NCBI GenBank assembly: GCA_963707935.1
Contig: CAVPRN010000001.1
Coordinates: 589,030-653,029, forward strand
Source of the DNA: an uncultured Acidobacteriota bacterium
GTDB taxonomy: Bacteria; Acidobacteriota; Thermoanaerobaculia; UBA5066; Gp7-AA6
Direction: 5' to 3'
DNA: 64,000 nt
The notes beneath the pieces were generated by a model. The model did not search any database and was not told the origin of the DNA. It was given only the letters and a program-made list of their open reading frames with translations. Position 1 is the first letter of the stretch; each line of letters opens with the position of its first letter. Below, in pieces: positions 31,967 through 41,203 of this stretch. The translations under genes were made by a program, and so were the position numbers.

Positions 31967-33352
31967 ATGAAGAACGAACCGCGCCTCTCGCGCACGCTGA
32001 CGCGCGACCGAGTACTTCACGTTCGGTTTCGGGACGATGGTCGGCGTGGGCTGGGTCGTCCTCATGGACGACTGGCTCTCGCGCGGCGGGCCGGCCGGCG
32101 CGGCGCTCGGATTCCTGATCGGCGGGATTCTGCTCCTGCCCGTCGCGGCGACCTACGGCCGGATGGTGCGGCAGCTGCCCGACGCCGGCGGCGAGATCGC
32201 GTACGCCGAGGGCGTCTTCCCGGCGCCGGTCGGCCTTCGCGGCCGCCTGGACGATGGTTCTCGCCTACGCGATCGTCTGCCCGTGGGAGGCGGTCGCCGT
32301 CGGGAACCTCCTCGCGCGCGTCTTTCCGGCGCTGTTCAACGCGATGCCACTCTACGAAGTCGCGGGCAAGACGATCACGCTGCCGCGCCTCGCCGTGGGC
32401 CTCGGCTTGACGGCTTTCATCGCGTGGATCAACTTCCGCGGGATCCGGCCGAGCGCCGCGGCGCAGAAGGTCGCTGACGTTCGGGCTCCTCGCGCTCTTC
32501 GCCGTCTTCACGGTCCTCGGCTTCGCGCGGGGGAGCGCGGCGAACCTCCCGCCTCTCTTCGCCCGACGCGGGCGCGGGCGGCGCCGCTCTCTCGATCCTG
32601 CTCGTGCTCCAGATCGTGCCGTACTTCATGACCGGGCTTCGAGTCGGTCGGCAAGGGGTCCGAGGAGGCGCGGCCCGGCTTCGATCCGCGCGACTTCGGG
32701 CGCGCGATCCTCGCCGCCGCGTCGATCGGCGCGCTCTTCTACGTGACGATCGTGCTCGCCGTGTCTCTTCGTCTTCCCCTGGAAGACGCTCGTCGCCGAG
32801 CATCTCGGCACCGAGGCGGCTTTCGAGCGGGCCTTCTCGTCTCGCCTCGTGTCGCGGGCGATCCTCCTTGCGGCGTTCTTCTCGCTCGTGAAGATCTTCA
32901 ACGGCAATTTCGTCGCGGCGACGCGAATGCTCTTCGGAATCGCGAGGCGCCGGCTCGCGCCCGCCTCGCTCTCCCGCGTCCATTCGGTCCATGGGACGCC
33001 GCACCGGGCCATCGCCCTCATGGCGATCCTGTCCGCGGCCGCTTCTTTCCTCGGGGACGCGATCCTCGTGCCGGTCTCCGAGGTCGGGTCGCTCGCCGTC
33101 GGAGTCGGGTGGCTCTCGACCTGCCTCTCCGAGCGCGCGCGGGCGCGGCGCGACCGGCGGCCTCTCGACGTCGGCGGCGTTCTGTCCTGGGCGGGCGCCG
33201 CCGTCTCGCTCGCGGTCATCGCGATGAAGGCGCTGCCGTTCGTCGCGGGGAGCTTCTCCCGCTCCGAGTGGATCGCCTTCGCCGCCTGGTCGGTGTTGGG
33301 AGCGGTCTTCTGGACGATGAGGAAGCGGAGGACGAAGCCGACTGCGGACTGA
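31967..33352 (+). pseudogene. APC-superfamily amino acid permease, interrupted by six successive +1 frame changes
   Basis: Coding-looking segments run in frames 2,0,1,2,0,1,2 (coordinate mod 3). Junctions lie near 32009, 32240, 32472, 32560, 32637 and 32768. The sequence reads EYFTFGFGTMVGVGWVVL.., AAAWTMVLAYAIVCPWEAV.., LTFGLLALFAVFTVLGF.., AALSILLVLQIVPYFMTG, FESVGKGSEEA.., FVFPWKTLVAEHLG... Confidence 0.75.
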
Positions 33353-33424
33353 GGACTCGGGACTGAGGACTGCGGTGGCAATCGCCACGGGAGTCCTCGG
33401 TCCTCAGTCCTGGGTCCTCAGTCC
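33346..33424. terminator. Long heptad-built hairpin spanning both stop codons of a convergent gene pair
   Basis: GGACTGAGGACTCGGGACTGAGGACTGCG-GTGGC-AATC-GCCAC-GGGAGTCCTCGGTCCTCAGTCCTGGGTCCTCAGTCC. It contains the permease stop (33350-33352) and the GAF gene stop (33404-33406). Confidence 0.55.
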
Positions 33425-33823
33425 GTTCGAGGTCACCAGCCTGGCCCCTTCCACCATCAGCCTCTCCGTCTCTTCCGGCGTGTATTCGTACACGCGATGC
33501 ACGCCGATGCCGAGGGTTCCTCGCACGGCGCCCGAGCCGTCGCGCACGGGAACCACGATCGCGCCGTTGACGCCGGTCTGCTTCGCGCCCGGTCGGACGT
33601 CGCCGCTCGCATCGGTCTGGATGTTGCACGCGGCGACCGGCGCGTTGCGTTCCGCCGCGAGCCCGGCCATCCCCTTGCCGACGGGCACCCGGCGCACGAT
33701 CTCCTGGACGTGCGGCGGCAGTCCCACCTGCCCCTTCAGGACGAGGACTCCGTTCTCCATCAGGTGCAGGGTCCCCGTGTCCGCTCCGAAGCTCCGGACG
33801 ATCTCTTCGAGCCTCTCCTGCAT
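33404..33823 (-). CDS. Stand-alone GAF-domain protein
   Basis: About 139 aa. GTLHLMENGVLVLKGQVGLP...VPVGKGMAGLAAERNAPV...IVVPVRDGSGAVRGTLGIG is typical of GAF. Confidence 0.7.
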   Translation of the reverse strand: MQERLEEIVRSFGADTGTLHLMENGVLVLKGQVGLPPHVQEIVRRVPVGKGMAGLAAERNAPVAACNIQTDASGDVRPGAKQTGVNGAIVVPVRDGSGAVRGTLGIGVHRVYEYTPEETERLMVEGARLVTSNGLRTQD

Positions 33824-33911
33824 GGAGTTGCGAGGGTAGCATGCCCAGACGCGCGCGGGCCGGCACGAACGGGGGCTTGACCCGGGGTGCGAAGCTTGAA
33901 AAGGTTGGGGT

Positions 33912-34529
33912 GTGAGCGATCCGGAATCCCCCGAATACCTCCCCTCGATCGCCCAGGTCCTGAAGCGCGCGGGCGCTCTCGATCGAGTCGGGGGGGTGGA
34001 CCTCCTGGTGGTGTCGAGGCTCCCGGTCTTCCACGGCCGGGCCTGGAAGCGCGCGATCTCGGAGTTCCTTCGCTGGTCCGGCACGACGCCCGACCTTTGG
34101 GGATTGTCGTCGGTGTTCCAGCTCGTCCTCTGCCACGGGCCCTCGGGGGCGCGGGCCCTCTTCGAGGCCTATCGGCAGGACCGACTCGAGCGGTCGGAGG
34201 ATTTTGAAGAGGCGGACACGCAGCTCGAGGCGGTGCGCACGATCGTGAGCATGGCGGCTTATTGGATCCACGCGATCTCCTGGGACCTGCGCGACGCGCC
34301 CCGCCTTTCCGCCGAGGAGTTTCGGATCCGGCGGCGCGGGCTCAGGATCTCCGACGCCGGGGGAACGGAGCGCTCGGAGTCGCGGCGCTCGGACTCGGTC
34401 CGTCCGACGCTCCTCGACGAGTCCGAAGCCGGCCGGCGCGCCTCCCGGCCCTCCTTGGGCGCACCGGTCTTCCCGGCTGACCCTTCGCTGCCGAACCTCT
34501 GGAAGCGGCCGACCCGGACGGACCTCTGA
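33912..34529 (+). CDS. Hypothetical protein
   Basis: GTG start and a non-repetitive composition, but no recognisable motif. Confidence 0.45.
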   Translation: MSDPESPEYLPSIAQVLKRAGALDRVGGVDLLVVSRLPVFHGRAWKRAISEFLRWSGTTPDLWGLSSVFQLVLCHGPSGARALFEAYRQDRLERSEDFEEADTQLEAVRTIVSMAAYWIHAISWDLRDAPRLSAEEFRIRRRGLRISDAGGTERSESRRSDSVRPTLLDESEAGRRASRPSLGAPVFPADPSLPNLWKRPTRTDL

Positions 34530-34541
34530 TCCGGCGCGGGT

Positions 34542-36386
34542 CTAACCCGCGAAGAGCTCGAGGGCGGTCGTCGGACTCTTGAACGGCGCGATCACGTAGG
34601 CGCCCTGCGCGCGCCGCCGGGCCTCGGCCAGGATCTCCCGCGCGATCGCGAACCCTTCCTCGCGCGCCCGCGCGCCCGCCTTCTCGAGGAGGCCGAGCAC
34701 CCGATCCGGCACGACGATGCCGGGCACCTCGTGATGGATCCGCAGCGCCAGGCGGTGGCTCGTCAGCGGCCAGACCGCGACGAGCGCCGGGATCGGAAGC
34801 GCTCCGCCGAACCGCGTGAGGAAGCGCTCCCAGCACTCCCACTCGAAGAAGACCTGCGTCATCGCGAAGTCGGCGCCGTGCTCGACTTTTCGCCGGAAGC
34901 GCTCGACTTCGCGGTCGAGGTCCGGCTCGTTCGGGTTGACGGCGACACCGATCAGGAAGTTCGGCGGGCTGCCGACGGGGTTTCCGGCGGCGTCGTGCCC
35001 GTCGTTCAATTCCCGCACGACTTTGACCAGGCCGACGCTGTCGGTCTGGTAGACGTCGGTCGAGCCGGCGCGGTCGCCGATCTGGGACGGATCGCCCGTG
35101 ATCACGAGCACGTTCTGGACGCCGAGCGCCCAGGCCCCGAGCAGGTTCCCGCAGAGGCCCATCAGGCTCGCGTCGCGCGGCGTGATGTGTGGGATCGCCT
35201 CGAGGCCCTCCCGCTGGCAGGCGATCGCCATCCACAGCGAGTCGAGATGGAGGTGCGCGAGCGGGTTCGAGTTGATGTCCACGGCGTGGACGAGGCCCGA
35301 GTCGCGGAAGGCCCGCACCGCGGCGATTCCGGCTTCGAGGTCGGTCCCCTTGGGCGGGTCGATCTGCATCGAGACGACGAACTCGCCGCGCGCGAGCCGG
35401 GTCGCGACCCCGGAGGTCTTGGGCAGGGCGTGCGTCTCCTCCGAAGAGAGCGGCGCCGCGATCGCGGCCGGGGCGCTCTGCGCCCGCGCGGGGGTCATCC
35501 CCTCGAGGGCCGCCGCCACCGCGCGGATGTGCTCGGGGGTCGAGCCGCAGCAGCCGCCGATCAACCGCGCCCCGAGCCGGGCGGCCTCGCGGGCGAAGGA
35601 CGCGAAGTACTCGGGGGAGGATTCCGGGTAAACGAAACGGCCCGCGACGAAAGAGGGCACGCCCGTATTCGGCGCCGCGAAGAGCGGCATCCGGGTCGCG
35701 GCGGCCATGCCCTCGAGCACCGTCAGCAGGTCGCGCGGGCCGAGCGAGCAGTTGGTCCCGATCGCGTCGGCGCCCAGGCCCTCGAGGCGGCGCGCGACTT
35801 TGCCGGGCCAGTCGCGGTCCTCGAGGTCCTCCCAGGCGTCTCCGGGGAAGGTCACCGATGCCACGACCGGAAGCCCCGAGACTTCGCGCACCGCCTCCAG
35901 GGCGACCCGGATCTCCGAAAGCGACGCGAAGGTCTCGAGGAAGAAGAGGTCCACGCCGCGCGCGTCCAGGGCCCTCGCCTGCTCCCGGAACACTTCGCGC
36001 AGCGCCTCCTCCGAGTCGGCGTCGACCGGGTCGAAAGCGAGCGCCGTCGGGCCGATCGAACCGGCGACGAGGACCTCCTTGCCCGAGACCTCCCGCGCCT
36101 TTCGGGCGAGCTTGGCGGCGGCCGAGTTGATGGCCTCGACCTCGTCGCGCAGGCCGACGCTCTTGAGCTTGTGCCGGTTCGCGCCGAACGTGTTCGTCTC
36201 GATCACCCGGGCGCCGGCCTCGATGTAGGCGAGGTGCGCCTCGAGGACCGCGTCGGGCTCCGAGAGGCAGAGCTCCTCGACCGCCCCGCGCGGCGGGACG
36301 ACGCGGGCGAGCAGGTAGGACCCCATCGCCCCGTCCACGACGAGGAGCGTCTCCTCGAGCATCCGCCTGAGTCGCGACGCCTTCAC
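34542..36386 (-). CDS. Bifunctional homocysteine S-methyltransferase / 5,10-methylenetetrahydrofolate reductase (YitJ-like)
   Basis: N-terminal Hcy-binding domain (LVVDGAMGS, ETNTFGAN, GGCCGSTPEHI) fused to a MetF-like domain (VSMQIDPPKG, HITPRD, FAMTQVFF). Confidence 0.85.
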   Translation of the reverse strand: MKASRLRRMLEETLLVVDGAMGSYLLARVVPPRGAVEELCLSEPDAVLEAHLAYIEAGARVIETNTFGANRHKLKSVGLRDEVEAINSAAAKLARKAREVSGKEVLVAGSIGPTALAFDPVDADSEEALREVFREQARALDARGVDLFFLETFASLSEIRVALEAVREVSGLPVVASVTFPGDAWEDLEDRDWPGKVARRLEGLGADAIGTNCSLGPRDLLTVLEGMAAATRMPLFAAPNTGVPSFVAGRFVYPESSPEYFASFAREAARLGARLIGGCCGSTPEHIRAVAAALEGMTPARAQSAPAAIAAPLSSEETHALPKTSGVATRLARGEFVVSMQIDPPKGTDLEAGIAAVRAFRDSGLVHAVDINSNPLAHLHLDSLWMAIACQREGLEAIPHITPRDASLMGLCGNLLGAWALGVQNVLVITGDPSQIGDRAGSTDVYQTDSVGLVKVVRELNDGHDAAGNPVGSPPNFLIGVAVNPNEPDLDREVERFRRKVEHGADFAMTQVFFEWECWERFLTRFGGALPIPALVAVWPLTSHRLALRIHHEVPGIVVPDRVLGLLEKAGARAREEGFAIAREILAEARRRAQGAYVIAPFKSPTTALELFAG

Positions 36387-36438
36387 GGCCGGTGATTATG
36401 CGGGAAGCGAGGGAGGAATCCCGCCCGGCCCCGACGGG

Positions 36439-37458
36439 CTACTCCGGCCGGGGCGAGACTTCGACCGCGTTGCGCCCCGCGTGCTTGGCGCGATAGAGCG
36501 CGCGGTCGGCCGCCTCGAAGAGCTCCTGAGGCCCCTTCATGTCGGAGTGGTATTCCGCGACACCGAAAGAGCAGGTCACCCGGAGCGGCGTGCCGGCGTA
36601 GGCGAATTCGTGGTTGGCCACCCGGGCGCGCAGGCGCTCGGCCAGGATGCGGGCTCCGTCGATGCGGGCTTCGGGGGTGAGAACGGCGAACTCGTCGCCG
36701 CCGACGCGCGCGAACGTCTGCTCCTTGCGGAAGAAGTCGTTGACGAGATGGACGATCTCCTTCAGGACGAAATCCCCGCACAGATGCCCGTTGGTGTCGT
36801 TGACGGCCTTGAAGCAATCGACGTCGAAGAGGATGAGCGAGAGGGGCCGTCCGTACCGCTTGGCGCGCGCGACCTCGCGCACCGCCTCCTCCTCGTATTT
36901 GCGCTTGTTGGCGGTCTGCGTCAGCCCGTCGCGCACCATCATTTCGTGGATCGCCTGGTGGTAGGCGTTCTCGACGTCGCGGTCCTGGAGGAATTTGAAG
37001 TGGACCGAACCGATCTGGAAGCGATCGCCGCTGCGCAACAGCGTCGGCTGCTCGATGCGCACGTCGTTGACGTACGTTCCGTTGGTCGAACCGAGGTCCT
37101 CCAGGATGACCGACTCGATGCGGTAGGTCAGCGACGCGTGCCGCCGCGAGAGCGACGAGGCGTCGGGGATGCTCACGTCGGTGTTCTTGCCGCGCCCCAG
37201 GATCACCGTCGAGCCGGGCCGGAAGCGGTAGCGCGCGCCGAGGTTCTGGCTGCGCGGATGGGCGATCATGATGATGTTGGCTTCGGGGCCCGGGTCGGTC
37301 GCGCGGCGCCTCGGGGTGACGGAGGTCTCGTCCCCTTCGAAGCGGTCGGAGGCCGCTTCCGGTTCGGACGAAATCTCGAACCGGGACGTGTCGCCATCCC
37401 CTCGGCCCCGCAGCGGGGGTGGGCCGGAATCCATTGAGCCTCTCCGAAAGTTGTCCAA
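36439..37458 (-). CDS. FHA-domain diguanylate cyclase (FHA + GGDEF)
   Basis: FHA block ILGRGKNTDVSIPDASSLSRRHASL...GSTNGTYVND. GGDEF domain with an intact RVGGDEFAVL site and GHLCGDFVLKE. Confidence 0.85.
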   Translation of the reverse strand: MDNFRRGSMDSGPPPLRGRGDGDTSRFEISSEPEAASDRFEGDETSVTPRRRATDPGPEANIIMIAHPRSQNLGARYRFRPGSTVILGRGKNTDVSIPDASSLSRRHASLTYRIESVILEDLGSTNGTYVNDVRIEQPTLLRSGDRFQIGSVHFKFLQDRDVENAYHQAIHEMMVRDGLTQTANKRKYEEEAVREVARAKRYGRPLSLILFDVDCFKAVNDTNGHLCGDFVLKEIVHLVNDFFRKEQTFARVGGDEFAVLTPEARIDGARILAERLRARVANHEFAYAGTPLRVTCSFGVAEYHSDMKGPQELFEAADRALYRAKHAGRNAVEVSPRPE

Positions 37459-37813
37459 TTATCGCACAGGAACGTCGCGCAGGCTTGCTCGGGACCTGTC
37501 AGCCGCCCACAAGGTGTTCGCCGAAAGCCACTTCCCGGCGGGCGGCTGCCACCGGCGAACGATCCGGCCAAGAGGGACTCGATCGTTCGCCTGGTCCTCG
37601 CGGCGCCTGCGCTCCCGCGGCGCGCGGACGTCCTCCGCTGCCCTCGCGGAGATTCCGCGCGCCGCGAGCAAACAGCCTTTCGGCGGCGGATCCCGGAACT
37701 CCTCGGTGGTCATCCCGAGGAGTCCGCGACGAGGGATCCCGAGCTTGTGCGCGGTCGACGCCAACCCTCCGGCTCGGAGCCTGCCGAGCTCGGGATGGAG
37801 GGCCTGGCCGAAC

Positions 37814-38374
37814 CTAGCTGACCAAACTCGGTCGCGTCGTGAATCCGTTGGCCAGGAACGAATCGCCGAGCGGCATCCAGCGCGGGCTGCGCACGACCTT
37901 CAAGAGCGCTCGAGCGATCGCCAGAGCCCGGCTCCTTCCGCTCGCCGACACGAAGGAGGCGACCGGGACCGCCGACCCGTTCGACTTCGGAGTCCCCTTC
38001 TCCGTGAAAGTCGCCATCCAGGCGTTCCCGCAGAAGGAGAGGTGGAAAGACCAGGAGCTCTGGCGCCCGACGAGCTCGGCCAGCGCCATGGCCGCCCAGT
38101 CCTCCGAAGAGTAGGGAGGCACGGGCATTTCGCTCGGACCTCCGAGCACGCGGCGCGCGAGCGTCCGATCGAGGTCGGGTCCGGCCGTATCGGCGAAACG
38201 CGCTCCTGCCCGCGCGTCGTACGCGTGGGTATCGGTCCCGTCGTTCGACCCGCGCCCCGAGGCCTCCTTCGGCGTTCCGCAGTTGGGGCACTCGCAGGAC
38301 GGATTCCCGTCGTCCGAGCTCGTCATCACGACGGCGTCACATTCCGCGCAGTGCCACATGACCTTCTGGCTCAT
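37814..38374 (-). CDS. Hypothetical protein with an N-terminal zinc ribbon
   Basis: MWHCAECDAVV...CECPNCGTP (CxxC...CxxC). RBS GGGGAAAGAGG upstream. The rest of the protein is unrecognised. Confidence 0.5.
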   Translation of the reverse strand: MSQKVMWHCAECDAVVMTSSDDGNPSCECPNCGTPKEASGRGSNDGTDTHAYDARAGARFADTAGPDLDRTLARRVLGGPSEMPVPPYSSEDWAAMALAELVGRQSSWSFHLSFCGNAWMATFTEKGTPKSNGSAVPVASFVSASGRSRALAIARALLKVVRSPRWMPLGDSFLANGFTTRPSLVS

Positions 38375-38715
38375 TGAGACCTCTTTCCCCGGGTGGCCGG
38401 GAGCTCGATGGAAGTGATGAACTTCGCTCTCATGGAGCTCTCTGTCTATCTCTTGCGCTTTTATCCGGCCTTCAGTCCGGGTTAGGAACGAGAGTAGCGG
38501 CGAGCCCGCTCTCTGCCAATCGCCAGTCGGTGCAGCGGAGATGGCACGAGGGTGCCGTTGGTTCAGGGGTCAGGGCTCCGGGCGGATGACGGTGTCCGGG
38601 TCGCCGGGCCCCCGGCCCGTGACCATCCATCTGGACGTCGCACGGCCGGAGCGCGCCCTCGTTGCCGTGCGCGTCGCGGTGCCGGGGTCAAATACACTCG
38701 GCGGGCGCGCGCGAT

Positions 38716-39681
38716 TCAGGGTCGGCGGGCGGCGTCCGAGGAGCGCTCCGCCTGAAGGGAAAAGCTCTCGCCTGAATCCGCCCGCGATGGCGACGCCGGA
38801 TCGGCCTCCTCCTCGCGAATGAGCAGCGTCTGCTGCGTCGCGTGGGCCTCGTGGAGGACCCTCTCGCCGTGCCGCAGCACTTCGCGGGGGTCGTCGGGCG
38901 GCTCAACGAACCGAACGAGGCCGATGCGGGCGGCGATCGGCGTCGAGGGATCCCCGGTCGCGAGCGCCTCCACTCCCGAGATCACGCGGCGAAGAGTCTT
39001 CTCGAGGGCGTCCCGTTCGACATCCCAGAAAGCGATGCCGAATTCTTCGCGGTCGAGCCGCGCCGGAAAGTCCGAGGCGCGGATCGCGCGGCGCAGTACC
39101 CCGGCGATCTTCTTGACGAGATCATCGACGGAAGAAGAGTCGTGCCCGTCCTGGTAGGGCTCGAGCCCCTCGATGTCGATGCAGGCGAGGCTGAAAGAGA
39201 GTCCCCGGCGCCGGGGGTCGGAGAGCTCCCGGTCGAGCCGCTCGAGAAACCCGTTGGCGTTGGGCAGCTCCGTCGTCAGATCGGTGCGAGCACGGAGGCT
39301 CTCCTCCTCCAGAACCCGGCGGGAGCGCCGCAGGCGGCGCTCGTCGGAACGCACGCGCGCCACCAGGAGACCGACCAGGAGGAAGATCGCGAGGCGCGTG
39401 AAGCCGTTCCACAGGGAGAAGCGCGCCTCCCCGAAAGCCCGGCGCTGGAGGTCGGCGTAGGTCCAGGCCGCGGCGGCGAGGACCGCCGCGATCCCGGCGT
39501 AGCGCCGGCCAAGCCACCACCCCGCGGCCGCCACGGCGGCGACGTAGAAAAGGGAGAAGTCTGCATCGACCGTCTCCCTCGAGTCGATGAAGGCGCAGAG
39601 GAGGAGCGCGGCGAAGATTGCGGCGATCCAAAGCGGCGGGCGTTTCGCGAACGGCGGCCGCCGGCGAGTTGGACGCGGCAT
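38716..39681 (-). CDS. Membrane-bound protein with a degenerate GGDEF domain
   Basis: Three or four TM helices at the N-terminus. The GGDEF-fold body carries LDREEF in place of GGDEF (ARLDREEFGIAF), so it probably does not make c-di-GMP. Confidence 0.65.
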   Translation of the reverse strand: MPRPTRRRPPFAKRPPLWIAAIFAALLLCAFIDSRETVDADFSLFYVAAVAAAGWWLGRRYAGIAAVLAAAAWTYADLQRRAFGEARFSLWNGFTRLAIFLLVGLLVARVRSDERRLRRSRRVLEEESLRARTDLTTELPNANGFLERLDRELSDPRRRGLSFSLACIDIEGLEPYQDGHDSSSVDDLVKKIAGVLRRAIRASDFPARLDREEFGIAFWDVERDALEKTLRRVISGVEALATGDPSTPIAARIGLVRFVEPPDDPREVLRHGERVLHEAHATQQTLLIREEEADPASPSRADSGESFSLQAERSSDAARRP

Positions 39682-39727
39682 GGCGATTCGAGAATTGTAC
39701 GCCGCGAGCGGTGCGGCCCGCGGCGGA

Positions 39728-39937
39728 CTACAGCGGCTCGGGCGGGATCTGCTCCGGGCGCTTGCCTCGGTTGACCGGATCCCGCCGCGCGTGCTTCTTC
39801 GGATCGAACGGCTCCCCGGCATAGCAGATCGGGCATTTGAGCCGCCCGTCGCGCGGAATCGTGGCGAATCGCGCGGCGCGGCAGCCCCGACAGATCCAGC
39901 GCGCGAATCGACGTTCCTCGAGGGATTGGACGGCCAT
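39728..39937 (-). CDS. Small zinc-ribbon protein (69 aa)
   Basis: WICRGCRAARF...LKCPICYAGEP, two CxxC pairs. Lies directly downstream of the PhnD-like gene. Confidence 0.4.
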   Translation of the reverse strand: MAVQSLEERRFARWICRGCRAARFATIPRDGRLKCPICYAGEPFDPKKHARRDPVNRGKRPEQIPPEPL

Positions 39938-39950
39938 CGGCTGGCCAATC

Positions 39951-40835
39951 CTAACGCCGGGAGCCGTCCGGGGCGACGAATTTTGGCGGCGCGCCGCCGC
40001 GGCGCGACCCGGGAGGACTCGGCGCGTCCGCCGAACGGATCGCCGGCAGCGGTTCGAGCCGCGCGTAGGCGGCCTCCTCGACCTTCGCGAACCGCGCGAC
40101 ACCGAACCGGGCGAGGGCGGAGCGGCCGCCGCTCCGGGCGTCGAGCAAAAGAAGAGCGTCCGTGATCCGGTGGCGCAGGCCGTGCTCGAGCCCGGCGTGC
40201 GCAAGCACCGGCTGAATGGGCATCGGGCCCCAGGACTCGATCACGCGCAGGCGATGTCCCGCGGCCGTTCCCTCTCGCCGCGCGAGCCAGAGGGTGTTCG
40301 AATCGATCGCCGCGGCGTCGGCCGCGCCCTCCGAAACGAGCTCGAGCGACCTCAGGTGGGAACCGGATTGCACGAGGCCGCGGAAGAAGGTCTCGGGCCC
40401 TCCGGAGTGCCCGAGCTCGGCCAGGCGGGCGAGCATGTTGTGCCAGCCGCTGCGCGAGCGGCGATCGTTGTAGGACCAGACCGAGCCGGCGAGCTCCTCG
40501 AACCACTGCGCCGGATGCTTCTGCCGCACCACGATGTCGGAGAAGTAGACCGGGCGCCCCTCCGACCTCGGTTCGGCGAAGACCGGCGCCGCGGGCAGGA
40601 GCACGACCGGCGAGCCGGCCTCGCGGAGCATCGGGTAGGAAGGCGCGCAGACGAAGGCGAGGTCCGCCCTCCCTTCGCGGAAGGGATCGTCCTTCGGCGT
40701 GGGGCCCGACACGCGCGTCTCGTAGTCCACGGAAACGGGAAGCCCCGTGCGCCGCGCGAGTTCGCCCCCGACGAACTCGAAGAGCCCTTCCGGCAGGCTC
40801 GGCGCGAGGTACGAGAGGAGGCGCAGCGGGGGCAT
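39951..40835 (-). CDS. PhnD/SsuA-type (phosphonate-binding fold) substrate-binding-like protein, no obvious signal peptide
   Basis: Blocks GRADLAFVCAPSY, YFSDIVVRQ, SYNDRRSRSGWH and DAAAIDSNTL resemble the Phosphonate-bd family. Confidence 0.6.
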   Translation of the reverse strand: MPPLRLLSYLAPSLPEGLFEFVGGELARRTGLPVSVDYETRVSGPTPKDDPFREGRADLAFVCAPSYPMLREAGSPVVLLPAAPVFAEPRSEGRPVYFSDIVVRQKHPAQWFEELAGSVWSYNDRRSRSGWHNMLARLAELGHSGGPETFFRGLVQSGSHLRSLELVSEGAADAAAIDSNTLWLARREGTAAGHRLRVIESWGPMPIQPVLAHAGLEHGLRHRITDALLLLDARSGGRSALARFGVARFAKVEEAAYARLEPLPAIRSADAPSPPGSRRGGAPPKFVAPDGSRR

Positions 40836-40847
40836 GCCCGGGAGACT

Positions 40848-41162
40848 CTACATGTACAGCCGCACCTGCACGCGCACGAAATGGTCGTGGGCGGGGGCGC
40901 CGGGCCGCTGCCGGTGGAGCGTCGAGTACTCGCCGAGCAGCTTCACGTTGTGCTTGCGGAAATAGTAGGTCGCGGCGGCGTTGACTTCGCTCTGCTGGTC
41001 CCGCGTCACCGCGCGGTTGGAGTCGATCGAGGAATAGCGGGCCGCGATGCCGAGGCACGGAAGCGTCATCGCGCTCACTTCGGCGTAGTAGCCGCGCGCG
41101 TTCAGGTTGACGACGCCCGCCACACCGCGCCAACGCCTCCGACCTCCGGTTGTACGGACCAT
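40848..41162 (-). pseudogene. 3'-terminal fragment of an OprO/P-type porin gene (partial duplicate of 42731-43010)
   Basis: ...LNARGYYAEVSAMTLPCLGIAARYSSIDSNRAVTRDQQSEVNAAATYYFRKHNVKLLGEYSTLHRQRPGAP..RVQVRLYM parallels the C-terminus of the intact porin. A 64-nt stretch at 40946-41009 is identical to 42829-42892. Confidence 0.75.
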
Positions 41163-41203
41163 TTCCCTGGACAGCCGCGGCGCTAGCGCGAGCCCGAGTC
41201 CTT

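Noticed and set aside
38375-38715. The long leader between two GGDEF-type genes might be a c-di-GMP riboswitch.
   Set aside because: By eye I could not find the conserved GEMM features (a GCAAA-type tetraloop/receptor pattern or paired P1a/P1b helices). Only generic hairpins are present, and a covariance-model scan is needed before any call.
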